Of a DNA stretch of 64,000 nucleotides, positions 10,675 through 21,716 are shown in pieces. The notes below the pieces were generated by a model. The model was not told the DNA's origin, did no database searches, and worked only from the letters and a program-made list of their open reading frames with translations. The stretch comes from Diadema antillarum (taxonomy: Eukaryota), in assembly GCF_040938485.1 (NCBI RefSeq), contig NW_027271045.1, positions 744,001 through 808,000 on the forward strand, read 5' to 3'. The translations under genes were made by a program, and so were the position numbers. Within the stretch, counting starts at the first letter, position 1; every line of letters begins with the position of its first letter.

Positions 10675-11423
10675 GAGATGCTCTCCATTTGATTAGTAGA
10701 TCAATCTTGCAGGAGCCGAGCTATCACCATCGTAATCAAGATGACTATGACAATAAGTATACCTCATTAGAAAGAAGTATAAGCCTATAAGAACAACTGT
10801 ATGTCACGTAGATGGTGAATAGCACTTCAGTATGTGTTTCATTTACGATGGCCTGGTATACACATGAATTTTTCGGCTCTGCCGCCAATATGAATTATTG
10901 ACTGATATCGATGGCAACACTTTTAGTTACCTTGGTTGAATCCTGCTCTCACGAGCTGCGAAATATTTGGAGGAAAAGGATTAGCTAATGCAGACAAAAT
11001 AGCTGTGACTGCTCGCGGGAACAGCACCAGGAATATGCTAAGACAAAATAAAACTACAGCAACAAAAAAAAAGGGCATTTAATATGTTAGTTTACTGCAA
11101 GTCACGGAAGTACGTCCTGACAACGGTTGATTGTCGAAAATGTTAAAAGAAAATATGTATAATCTCATTGGATAGTCAATTCATCCATTTAATATATTCT
11201 GTCATTTTACAAGCTTTACATACACTTAAATGAGAATAACTGATAATGGACATACAAGTGAACGTTATAAAATGAATGTGTGCGCATGTGTATGCGTGTG
11301 CGTCTATATAAGTATGTTCAGCATAGTCTATCTAATTCTACATTTGTTTCTTTGTTTTCAATTTGTTGTTTGTCTAATCACTTGTAATTGTAAACTCATG
11401 TACAAGTGTGATGTAAGAGTAAT

Positions 11424-11584
11424 CAGTGGTGGATCCAGAGGGGGGCACAACCGGCGTATCCCCCTTTATTTTCCGATAAAAACAACAGAAATAAAAAGAA
11501 AAAAATGAAATGAAACCCGGAAGGGGCATCAGAAATATTAGTTGCGCCCCCCCCCCCCTTACAGAATTCCTGGATCCGCCCCTG
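11424..11584. mobile_element. GC-rich MITE (CAGTGGTGGATCCAG...CTGGATCCGCCCCTG)
   Basis: Imperfect 15-bp TIRs; GTAAT directly repeated on both flanks (5-bp TSD). Confidence 0.75.
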
Positions 11585-11819
11585 GTAATTGTGCGTTATT
11601 GATTGAGATGATACACAAATGCAGTCTGTGCAAACAATATGGCAAGATTTCAAAACTATGCTGCATTGCCAAGATTGTCACTCCTGTTAACTAAAATAAA
11701 CGTGAAAAAATGGAGATCTTTGTATGTGCGCTCGTGTGTGTGTGTTTGTCTCGTTGTTGGAGTTTGTATATTACAACGATTGAGGACAGAATGTGACGAA
11801 GGAATATACGTCACAACAG

Positions 11820-11959
11820 GACCCCATTTCATAAAAAGTTGATATGATAGCAACTCTTGCTGGAATGGCGATTGTCATCCAGCTTCCTGTTGCTGTGGGA
11901 AGTAATTAGCCATTCCAGCAAAAGTTGCTATCCTTAACATCTTTTATGAAATAGGGCCC
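11820..11959. mobile_element. Harbinger-like MITE
   Basis: TIRs GACCCCATTTCATAAAAAG / CTTTTATGAAATAGGGCC; internal inverted arms GATAGCAACT..TGCTGGAATGGC / GCCATTCCAGCA..AGTTGCTATC. Confidence 0.65.
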
Positions 11960-12204
11960 TACATGGCCGATGTCCAGTCAAAAATATCTAGTAACGCCAC
12001 CGTTGAGAATTTGCTCCATCGTACAATTGTAGATCCCGTACCATCAAGAAAATGAAGGACATACAAGTCAGAAGCTTAACATAGCTTAATGCTGAAAGAA
12101 ATTGTTCCGTGCATTGTATAATAAGTGCCCTGAAAATGGAATAAAAAACCCGAGGAGAAAATTTTCCTCCCAAACGGCCATAATTGTTTTAATTGAAGGT
12201 GTTG

Positions 12205-12350
12205 CCACACACATTCACACAGGCACACAGACACAGGCACACACACAGACACACACACACATACATAAACACAAATATGATGATCAGAAAGAGAGAGACA
12301 GATAGACAGACAGAGAAAGAGACAGACAGTAGGAGAGGGAGATAGGGAGG
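12205..12350. repeat. (CA)n and (GACA/GAGA)n low-complexity tract
   Basis: Visible imperfect di- and tetranucleotide repeats. Confidence 0.8.
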
Positions 12351-13922
12351 AAAAAGAAAACGGCAACAAACTTGATATGGGTACTGTGTTAATATCAAAC
12401 ACCACAAGGAAACGTTGAACTAGTGACATGGTTCTGTGACTACAACGTTTCCTGTGTAATTTTCCTGGATACCTTTGTTTACGACGAGCAAAACGGACAA
12501 ACAAAACCTGAATTCCTGAATATGTGTTGGGAAATTGAGTTCATCTCTCTTCCATGAGGTGAGAAAACTGTTTTGCTCTAGATGAGGTCATCAGTCGAAT
12601 CACGAGGAAATGAGTTCTTCGGAGAATATTTGCAACCACTGCATGGCAATTCGCTTAAGAAAAATGCCAGGGACTGACAGGAACGCGAGAGAGGTCGAGT
12701 CAGAGTCACGTGACCAGAATTGGGGTCATTTAAAGGGATGTGTATACTTGCCCCAAAATATAAGAATGGATTTACTCAATGCAGATTTCTTTTTTTTTCC
12801 TCTCTTTTTTTTTCTTATTGCTTTACGTGTCATTAAGATTGAATAAGTCTACAACATTTTCAGGAAACAGAATTTCTACGTGCCTTTATAAGTTGTTGAC
12901 ATTACTGACACAGCACTCATGTGAGGGCAGTTTAATACTCCGCTACCTTCTTAAGGAGATATAATGTCAAGGATTCTTTCGCCATGTCAGAAAAAATGTA
13001 TTTAAACTTTTAAGATTCTCTTTGTTTCTATCAATGAGCAAATAATATTGATAAATGCTGATGACGATAACAACCAAAATAATAAGAATGACAATGATAA
13101 CGTCGATATTGATGATAATCGTAATTGATAACTATCATCATCATTATCACTACCAGTATAACTCCTTAGAAGGAACTGGAAGAAATGTACAAAGTGAGCA
13201 ACAAACAAGAACTATAGGAGAACAAATAACCATCAACTTTATGTTTCCATGAAAACTATGTTTGTGAAGGTATTATACTCTAGTTGTATAGAACATATAG
13301 CTAAAATGAGCTATTCAAAGAGAAAATAAAGAAACAAAGAGTAAGAATACGAATCTCCTTGCATTCCCTGCCGCTTAACCATGTGATATAGTTAGTAGCC
13401 TTCAAAGTCCCCTGTCCTCATTCAGTTCCGTCACTTGTCGAATTGCACTGATGGGAATAGACGTACCAGTCACAAACACTGTATTTTTCTATAACAATAT
13501 AAATCATGGAATTTTAATCATTCACATAACATATCTTAACATTTAACATATCTTTTTCCTGCATCCATGGAACATAAAGATTATTTTGCCTTTCATGATG
13601 TCATGGAAAAATAAGTTCAGTCAGAATAAGCACCACAATGCCCAAGCTCAAACGCACAAGCTCACAATAGTAAGCTATTAAGATGGTCGAGTGATAAGAT
13701 AAGATTTTTTTTTTTATATAGGACTGAGAGTACGGTATATTACAAAAGCTGGCTCGCTATTATGAGCTGGTACACCTGGTTATTGCCAGGTATTATCAAC
13801 TTTATAATAAGGCATTGATATGCTTATTTGTTTACTTGATTTTACCATATTGGTAGCGTCATCATAAAGGACAAGGCAAATTTCTAATGGGTGGAGCTTT
13901 ACGGTGGGTCAGAATAATTATA

Positions 13923-13944
13923 GGGGGGGGGGGGGGGGGGGGGG
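13923..13944 (+). repeat. Poly-G run (G22)
   Basis: Direct observation. Confidence 0.95.
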
Positions 13945-14190
13945 TCAACGATTAGGCTACAAAACATCCAATGCATAATATTCTACAATCACACAACCCC
14001 TGAACTTGACATGCGGAGACACATCGTTCACATCAGCAGAAGCCATCAAGGACCGGAAATGCTCGACAGGGGGTCTTTAACCCTCTCTGTGCAAATGATT
14101 AAAATGTACACATATTTCACTCACAAACCTACGAACAGGAAATTAATGTGGCAAGCAGAGACTGCCATGTGAGTGGCTCCGTGGAAGTGT

Positions 14191-14201
14191 GGGGAATCCC
14201 C
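14191..14201. promoter_or_regulatory. Perfect NF-kB (Rel/p50-type) site GGGGAATCCCC
   Basis: Matches GGGRNWYYCC and is palindromic apart from the centre base. Lies ~460 bp upstream of the death-domain ATG. ETS-like GGAAGT at 14183 and CACTTCCG at ~14519. Confidence 0.5.
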
Positions 14202-14664
14202 GCAATTCTACCAGCAGCAGTTCATGTATGGTACGCTTAACTGGTATTCGGAATAGTTGCTCCTATTATCACATGAACCTCACCAAATTCCATTTTCATG
14301 ATCCTCAGTCTATATAAACTTAGCAGTTTGTAATCATAAAAGTGTTCAAATAATACTCTCAAAAACTTCTGATAGTTGTCAAGACTTCTGCAAGGTGTAT
14401 GGGATGGAAGTAGATGCTCTGCTCTCATGTTGTCATATTTGCATTATGTGCATGGATGGCTTGCCATAGATTTTGAATCCGCGCTCCTTCCGCTTGCGAG
14501 TTGCGAGTTTCACACACTCACTTCCGCGTATTAAATATGCAGCTACTGGTTAAATAGGACGTTATTACTGCAGTAGAGCGTTAACTGTCGCCAGTTCATT
14601 ACACTTCAATAGGCTAGAGTGAGTGTCGTTACAATTCAGCTGATTTGCATTATACTCACTAAGA

Positions 14665-15174
14665 ATGAGCATACCATCTTTAACAGAGGAAGAACTGTAT
14701 AATATCGCAGAGGACATTGAAATCGATAGCATACGACGTGTCGGTTTTCGTTTGGGCTACAATGATGCAGCGATACGAAGATTTGAACACGCAAACATGA
14801 CCAGACCAAGCGGTTTCCAAGGGACCGCGGATATGCTCACCAAATGGTTCTCAAAGGGCGGTACGAGAGAACAGCTGTGCGGTCATCTGCGGGATAGCAA
14901 GCTTGTGAGACTTGCCAAACGAGTTGAAGATGGTGAGTGTATGCATGAAGTTTTGCAGACGTTAGTGAGGGTAACAACGTTTGCCATAAATATTGCTTGC
15001 CGCTGAACTTTCCATTTGTTAATTATTCTGGATAGGGTTGATTATAAGATATGATTTATAAGCATAGAAGAAGTTAATGTTCCAATAAAGATTTGCTGAT
15101 TGTCAGAACATGTCGGATTTATGAACTATAATACAGCTGTATTGTGCTAATAATTATGTGTGTATCTGTGTGTG

Positions 15175-15218
<44 letters not shown>

Positions 15219-15276
15219 CCTGTGTGATCATTCATACGAGCGTATAAATACAGTTGTATTGATAATTTGGTTGAAT

Positions 15277-15307
<31 letters not shown>

Positions 15308-17619
15308 CACGTGTTCTACAAAAATAAATTTCTTTTGATTTAATTTGTTCAGTGTATCACAGTGCCTTTGAAGTATAAAGTGAGTTATAATTGTCAATGA
15401 TTTTGCTTTACTTTTCTTCCGGTCTAGGAAAGTACGTCATACAAACAGCCAGAGAAGATGAAGCAGTTTTACCTCAATCAGAGAGTAATGATGCGTGAGT
15501 GGAAAGAGTATACATCACTTACGAAATGTTTGAATAGACCTTATTTCTGTCTTTGTGATAATGGTTGAGAAAAAAACAAAAGAGTCTAAAGGTGATATTA
15601 CGTCAAATTTTCCTACCTTTAATGCGTGGATAACAAAGGCAAATTTTACATCATAGACCTGTATGTTATCATTGGCTTTATGGTAATAGCAGTTGTTTGT
15701 TTGTTTCTCTATTTTTCACAGAATGTAAAAATCGCACTACATAGGAGCAAATGGGTATAGACACATTCAGAAGATATTATTTTCTCGGCCTATGCTCCAA
15801 ATATATTTACTATAATCAGACGCAGTGATGCTTTCACGATGAAGATAAATGGTACGGATATCACAGGTAACTCAATGTTTGATTTGCTGATAGAATTATT
15901 AATTTTGATAATGATAATAATGAGGTCTTCTTTACCCAGGGTAGTCACTTCAGTGTTGCCACTGCTCTACCAGAGGGCCCTAGTGTTGCCAGGTATACCC
16001 ATTTATACACCTGGGTCGAGAGGGACATGGTGGCTAAAAACATTTTGTCCAAGGACGTAAGCACTGAGCGGAATCGAACTCGGATCCTCCGATTGGAAGT
16101 CAGGAGTCTTATCCACTCTCTATACATTTGAATGTTTTGAAAATAATGAGCTGTCACTTCAATCTAAGTTTGCTGTGGAGAAAATAAAGTTCATTAAAGT
16201 CATTATAATTAGCTAAACTTTTTCTACACTGCATGGTGTAGGGCGTTTCTGATTTGTTTTATGAGTCAAAATCAATGCAACAAAACAAAAATATGGCATG
16301 AACGTTTTTGCTTTAGTGATTTCTGTTTCGTTTATTATTATTATTATTATTTTTTACTGGTTGCTTCGTCAGTACTGCAACACAGAGAGGACGTGTTTCA
16401 TCTCAAGTTAACCTAGAGGGCGTCCTTCCAAGCATTGCCAACGAAATTCCCTTGCAAGAAGTGGAGCGCCTTGGCCTAGCCTTAGGGTTCACCAATGCGG
16501 AAACCAATAGGTACGCAGAGAGCAACCTACAGGGAGCTCGAGTAACGATCAAGGGCACCAAAGACATGTTGTTCAGTTGGAGGGCAAATGTTAAGCCGGA
16601 AGAGCAGAAGGACAGGTTACGAGCAGTTCTCATATCGGTCGGCCAGCTGGTGATAGCCAACAAATATCTTCCCCTTGGTAAGTATGGGCAGGGCCCTATT
16701 TCATAAAACTTGTTATCAGTGACAATTGTTTTGTCATAGTTGTTACAAGCTACTGAAATCCTTGCATCTGATTGGCTGAAAGCAAATTTGTCATAGAAAT
16801 GTAGCAGTTGTCACTGATAACAATATGAAACGGGGCCCTGGGCGTGCGTGTGCGCACGTTGTTGATTTATCATCGTTTAAATAAAAATCAATCTCAGTCC
16901 CAAGCTCAGTCGCAACTGCGTTGTGATATAGTCGACTCTGTTTACAACGAAATCTTTGTTACCGGCAGTTTTTTTTTTCGTTATATCGCGAGCAAAGTAG
17001 GCCCCATTATATGTAACATAATATTGTTAGAAAAATAGAACAGTTTTTGTACAGTCGACATAAATATGCTGTTGATGTCGTCACCTCACAATGATTAATG
17101 ATCTATGATGATTCAATGTGAATGTTTTTGAAAGTGGTTTGCTGATGGATTTTTGTACCATGCAAAAACAATAAATGAAATAAGATAATTTTCCATTGAT
17201 CACACGAAAAAATCAAAAGAGAAATTATTGTTTCTGTCGTTAAAGTGTAATACAATGATGTTATTGTAACTAATTGACAAATTGCCCTACGTCGACGTAA
17301 CAAATGATGTTATTCCTTGTTGAATAACTTTAGAATGATAATTAGTTTATAGATATATACAGTGTAAGGATTTTAGCCCTGGGCGCAATTGCATGTGAAT
17401 GAAAAAATAAACATTTTAACATTTTATGTATTCATATGGCAAGTTGTGAGGGGATGATATCATCTCTTTACTATTTGCGTATTCATATTGACTGTTCAAG
17501 AACTATTTCCTGAAAAATTAGATAAACTTCAAAATGACAAAACTACTAGTACCCTTTTTTCACATTCAATTCAATTGTCATTGTTGTGCTAAAGATTTGT
17601 GTTCTCCATTGCAGGATAA
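14665..17619 (+). CDS. Tandem death-domain protein (exons 14665-14932, 15428-15494, 16373-16677; probable last acceptor at 17615 giving an immediate stop)
   Basis: DD1: LTEEELYNIAEDI...RRVGFRLGY..AAIRRFE....GTADMLTKW....TREQLCGHLRDSKLVRLA. DD2: LPSIANEIPLQEVERLGLALGF..AETNRY....GTKDMLFSW....QKDRLRAVLISVGQLVIA. Splice phases match across three exons (1/1, 2/2) with gtgagt, gtgagt and gtaagt donors. The 3' end is uncertain. Confidence 0.75.
15160..15310. repeat. (TA)n/(TG)n microsatellites
   Basis: Direct observation. Confidence 0.9.
15907..16118 (-). mobile_element. tRNA-derived SINE with a MetaSINE-like central motif
   Basis: Minus strand reads GGATAAGACTCCTGACTTCCAATCGGAGGATCCGAGTTCGATTCC (degenerate tRNA head with B box), then CCCTCTCGACCCAGGTGTATAAATGGGTA, then an (ATT)n-like tail. 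Confidence 0.65.
16692..16837. mobile_element. Harbinger-like MITE just inside the intron after DD2
   Basis: TIRs GGCCCTATTTCATA..TTGTTATCAGTGACAA / TTGTCACTGATAACAATATGAAACGGGGCC; CAG/CTG flanks. Confidence 0.7.
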
Positions 17620-17729
17620 TTTAGAGCTGCACTAGGATACCCCTTTTATCGTAAGCTGACAATTGGAGAGAATAAGATGCCGTGCATTTTATGCAAAATT
17701 TATAGTTCATTTTAATTTCTATGTTCCAA

Positions 17730-18690
17730 CAGAATAATGACAGATATGGCAGAACCTTGAAGTGAGATTCTCAGATTAATGATGATCCCATCAGCATGCG
17801 GTAAAGATGGATTCGTTCTCTAGGAACTTATTATACGATGATAACGCCGCCTGTCTGTCATCTTTGAACGAGACTATTCTCTGAGTGAGGAGTAAGCCTG
17901 AGAGTGCGTGGCCAACAATCATGGGATCATGACATAGTAGACCTGTTTCTGCTCGCATTAAACTTTGCTTCAGACTAACAAACAAAGGATCTCCGTGTCA
18001 CATGCCTATGGGATAAACACCAAGTTCATGAGGCCTTGTAAAACAAGATACTCCTTAAGAAAAGTATTTCACGTGAAAAATCGCATATGATCTCTGCAAA
18101 GGGAAATACAACCAAAACTTTTACTGATTTCCCATGAGTGGCGGGAGTACTGCCTTCTATAGAGCTGGAACTCTTGAACTTAGTGTTTGAGGACAATCGA
18201 GTCAGTGATAAACAGTGTTTTCAGCACATCCTTTAACCCATCAACTTATGAGGGTAATATTTGCTGCAGAAATAATCATCTTATTCTCATGAAACTGTCG
18301 CTGACTGGAGAAAGAGTATAGATGTAAAGTTTGTGGCGTACGAATACAGTACTAGGAACCCTTATGATGGCCGACTGCCGTAAAGGTGACAACTCAAATG
18401 ATGATTCCTTGCAAACGGTCTGTGATCCCCAAGTTGCTATCGCAAGGTTGAAGGTTCAGTATCATTGGACTTGTATCATTTTTGTTTTCTGCAACAAATC
18501 GTCGGCATCTCTTTAGAAAGAATCTGGTCAAATTCATAGAACTTAGCATCACATAAAAGAAATCCTGCGCTCCTTTGCGGTCAAGTCCAAATCCTACTTC
18601 ACCGACATCACTGCCGTCTTTCTAGAACAAGGCATCATTCTGTACCCAACAGTACATAAAACTTATCAAATTGAATTCGTCAAATAGGGC
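17730..18690 (+). pseudogene. Decayed coding-like block, possibly former ZU5/UPA-like exon(s) of the death-domain gene
   Basis: Follows acceptor-like ttccaacag. One frame reads as protein with scattered stops: HDIVDLFLLALNFASD*QTKDLRVTCLWDKHQVHEAL*NKILLKK...DKQCFQHIL*, later HHIKEILRSF...YQIEFVK*. Domain assignment is weak. Confidence 0.25.
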
Positions 18691-21151
18691 CTATGCAAAC
18701 ACTGAAAAATGTCGAAATGTCATTTTTCACAGGGAAATATGAACTCGGGTTTTCTAAAACTATGCTGGGATATAAGAGTCAAGTATGATAACAAATAGTT
18801 GACACAAAAGAGAACCTTGTACTCTGCCTTTAAACAAGACAAACAATGGATAGTAAAGTAAATTGAAATGCATAGCACCAACCCACAAAAATGTGTTCTG
18901 TGTGACTGGAAGGGTTAAAGAGGTAATTATGTACTGTTTGAAAGAGGTCAAGTATAAAGGTCATAAAAGGTATAGGCTCATTGTGGACAGTCTTATTATT
19001 TGTTTAATGTGCCATCATGATTTAAAAAGTGAACGATATCAATCTAAAAGAAGAACAGGTTGCTATCTGAAACTAAAAACACTGATGATTACGAGCAATA
19101 TAAAAGAAATAGTAACAGACTTATGTGGTACGAAATGAAATACGACAAAAGTAAGCTAGGTGGAACCTAGGAGCGTAGTTACATACAAAACTTGCATCAA
19201 TGTTTAGATTAAGAGATAGGAAGAGGTGTGGCAGGCTGAAAATTGTTGCACACCGGAAAAAAAAAATATGCCGTAGAAGTTAAAACTCGTCCTGTAGAGA
19301 TACAATATTTTGAAAAAAAAAAATGTCAAGGTAAATGGTTTGAACGCGGCCATCATTAGCTTGTCATTCTTATTCCTGCCCAGTTCATCACCTCGCCTTT
19401 AAACCACTGCTACCTGACTGAAACTGCATTTTTAATGGATACAGGCTGATGAATTCTTATTTCAGTTGAAGATTTTAGTTGTACAGTCGATAACTTTCGA
19501 AAAAGGAAATCCTAGTGAAGTTTAGGTAAATAAGTCGATTTGTGTAATGTCGGAGAGTAAAAGTGAGCCGCCGTCAATTTACTATTGTCAGTTATACGTA
19601 CAACATGCTGCAAAAGTTCGTGTTTTTTTAACGCAATTGATATGATCATAACGAAATAATTTCTGAGCCATCTTTTTCAAATGCAGTTCTGATTTCAGTG
19701 ATGTCTCGATTTATAGTGCACATTCCCATAATATGACCAGAGAAAATTGAAATCATTCAAAGGTTGTTTTAACTAGTAAAGACGAATTTCTGTTTTTTAT
19801 TATTTGTCTTGATTTGAGGTTTCCACAACTCGGTTTTGTATACTGAATGGTTATTCTGTGCGGAAAGGTGTCTTTCAAATTTGTGTTTTTATTTTTTGTC
19901 CATGATATCAGTAATTTAAACACTTGATTTGTAAATTTGCTCGTAAGGAGTACTTGTATGTTTATTCACTAGATATATTTCCACTGAACACATTATTATT
20001 GCCTTTGAGAAAAAAATAATAAATCACGTCATTTATGCATTATATGAACACCATTTTCCTTATTGCACACAAATTATGCGTATATGTGCTACACTGCTAA
20101 AAATGGCGTCAGTTATGTTGCTGTATACACTGTTGTTTAATTTTCGAACTTCTTCGTATACGAACGCGAGCAAGTGTATGTGAAATGTGTGTGTGTGAGG
20201 CCTGCATGGCGTTATGGTGCACTGGCGCATAATATTTTTGTTAACGTTTCATTACTGTAACTTTACGTCCAGAAGATACCAATTTGCTAAACCATAATAA
20301 ACCTCGTCAAAAACGAAATGCATTATGTGTACATCTAGTCTAAATGTAAATACATACATATGCATTTTGCGTATGATTGTCTTTCTCCAAAAATAGACAC
20401 CAACTTCGAAAATTGTCGACATTCTTGCGCTTTATTTCAGGTCAATAATATAAACATTTGTCAAAAATCATGCAGTATTATCATCTCTAGGTTTTTAATT
20501 GTTTTCCTTTTTGGATACCGGGTACTCGATATTTGAGTCTTCTGCATCATTTCGGCACTGAATCCATTATGCCATAATTTTGGCGTATCTTATACTTCAA
20601 AAAGTAAGCATATGCAATTCTGCAATCGACACATTTTAGGAAAAAGTGTTGAAGGCTTAACTCGAAAAAGTTGATAAACTTTTAGGGTTGATAGATTAAC
20701 TCGTCAGTCTTCTTAACAACTACGTAGAAACTGCAATCGACCTATTAAAATAATGAGCACGTTGCAATGGTCCACATTTCTGGAAAGAAGTTGTTCATCC
20801 TTGTCGACTTTTCATCAGCTTTCTCTCTTTTTTTAAAATATATTTCTTCATTTTTTTCCTATTTCCCCGTTTTTGTATATACAGTGCAATCCTTTTAAAA
20901 AAAGTTTTCATAGTCTAATGCAAGAATTAAAACGAGTTGATTGCCTTTCTGCAAATTGGCACGTTGATTAATCAATGCCTTCATTTTTCACTCATTCCGC
21001 GTAAGCATTTAAACTATACATTAATCGATAAAGCCTCAATGCAGCACAGCTGACATGCAACAGACCATAAGCGACGGCGGGCTACACATTTCTCACAATG
21101 CTACATTGCAACTTACGTGGTAACAAGAAAAGAGGCTGCGACTTGATGAAC

Positions 21152-21154
<3 letters not shown>

Positions 21155-21192
<38 letters not shown>
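21155..21192. repeat. (CA)n microsatellite
   Basis: Direct observation. Confidence 0.95.
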
Positions 21193-21194
<2 letters not shown>

Positions 21195-21716
21195 TTGCTT
21201 TTCCAGTAATGCCACATTGCCTGTCGCATGACCTGCGAAACACGTCTCGTATATAAACCACCGATGTCTTTCCTCAGGCAGTTTTGTTCTCAGAATGACC
21301 CGTCACAATCAATGTGCAGCGATTTCATCCAGTCTCTCTGATATTTCAGTGACATTTAGAGCGGTGTCCGCTGTAGAAGAAACTACGTGACCCATACGTT
21401 ACTTCCGTGACTGCAATGAGAATCTCTTTGATCACTTGATCTGAACGAACAACCAAAGTGACAACTTATGACAACACCGCTGATATTCTGTAGATATAAA
21501 GCCATGGTAATACTGCACTTGGCTGTCGATTGTGTTGTTCACTCGTTTGCGTTCCCAAAATGGATGCTTGTTTGACGTAACCATATCCTCGCGTCACTGC
21601 CCAGTGAACATCGCAGATGTGACGTAAAAATCATGTAAGAAGGAGTACTTCGTATCTGTCACACAAACGCATACACACGCGCATAGGTTTCATCCGTTGG
21701 ACCATAGCGTGCTATA

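Noticed and set aside
12076-12504. ORFs rich in CVCV or THTH repeats (also ~11230, 15119, 26092, 39676-40114, 56571)
   Set aside because: Translations of (TG)n/(CA)n microsatellites.
15723-15867. Additional exon of the death-domain gene (acceptor ttcacag, donor gtaact)
   Set aside because: Stops occur in every frame, and the flanking exons already join in phase without it.
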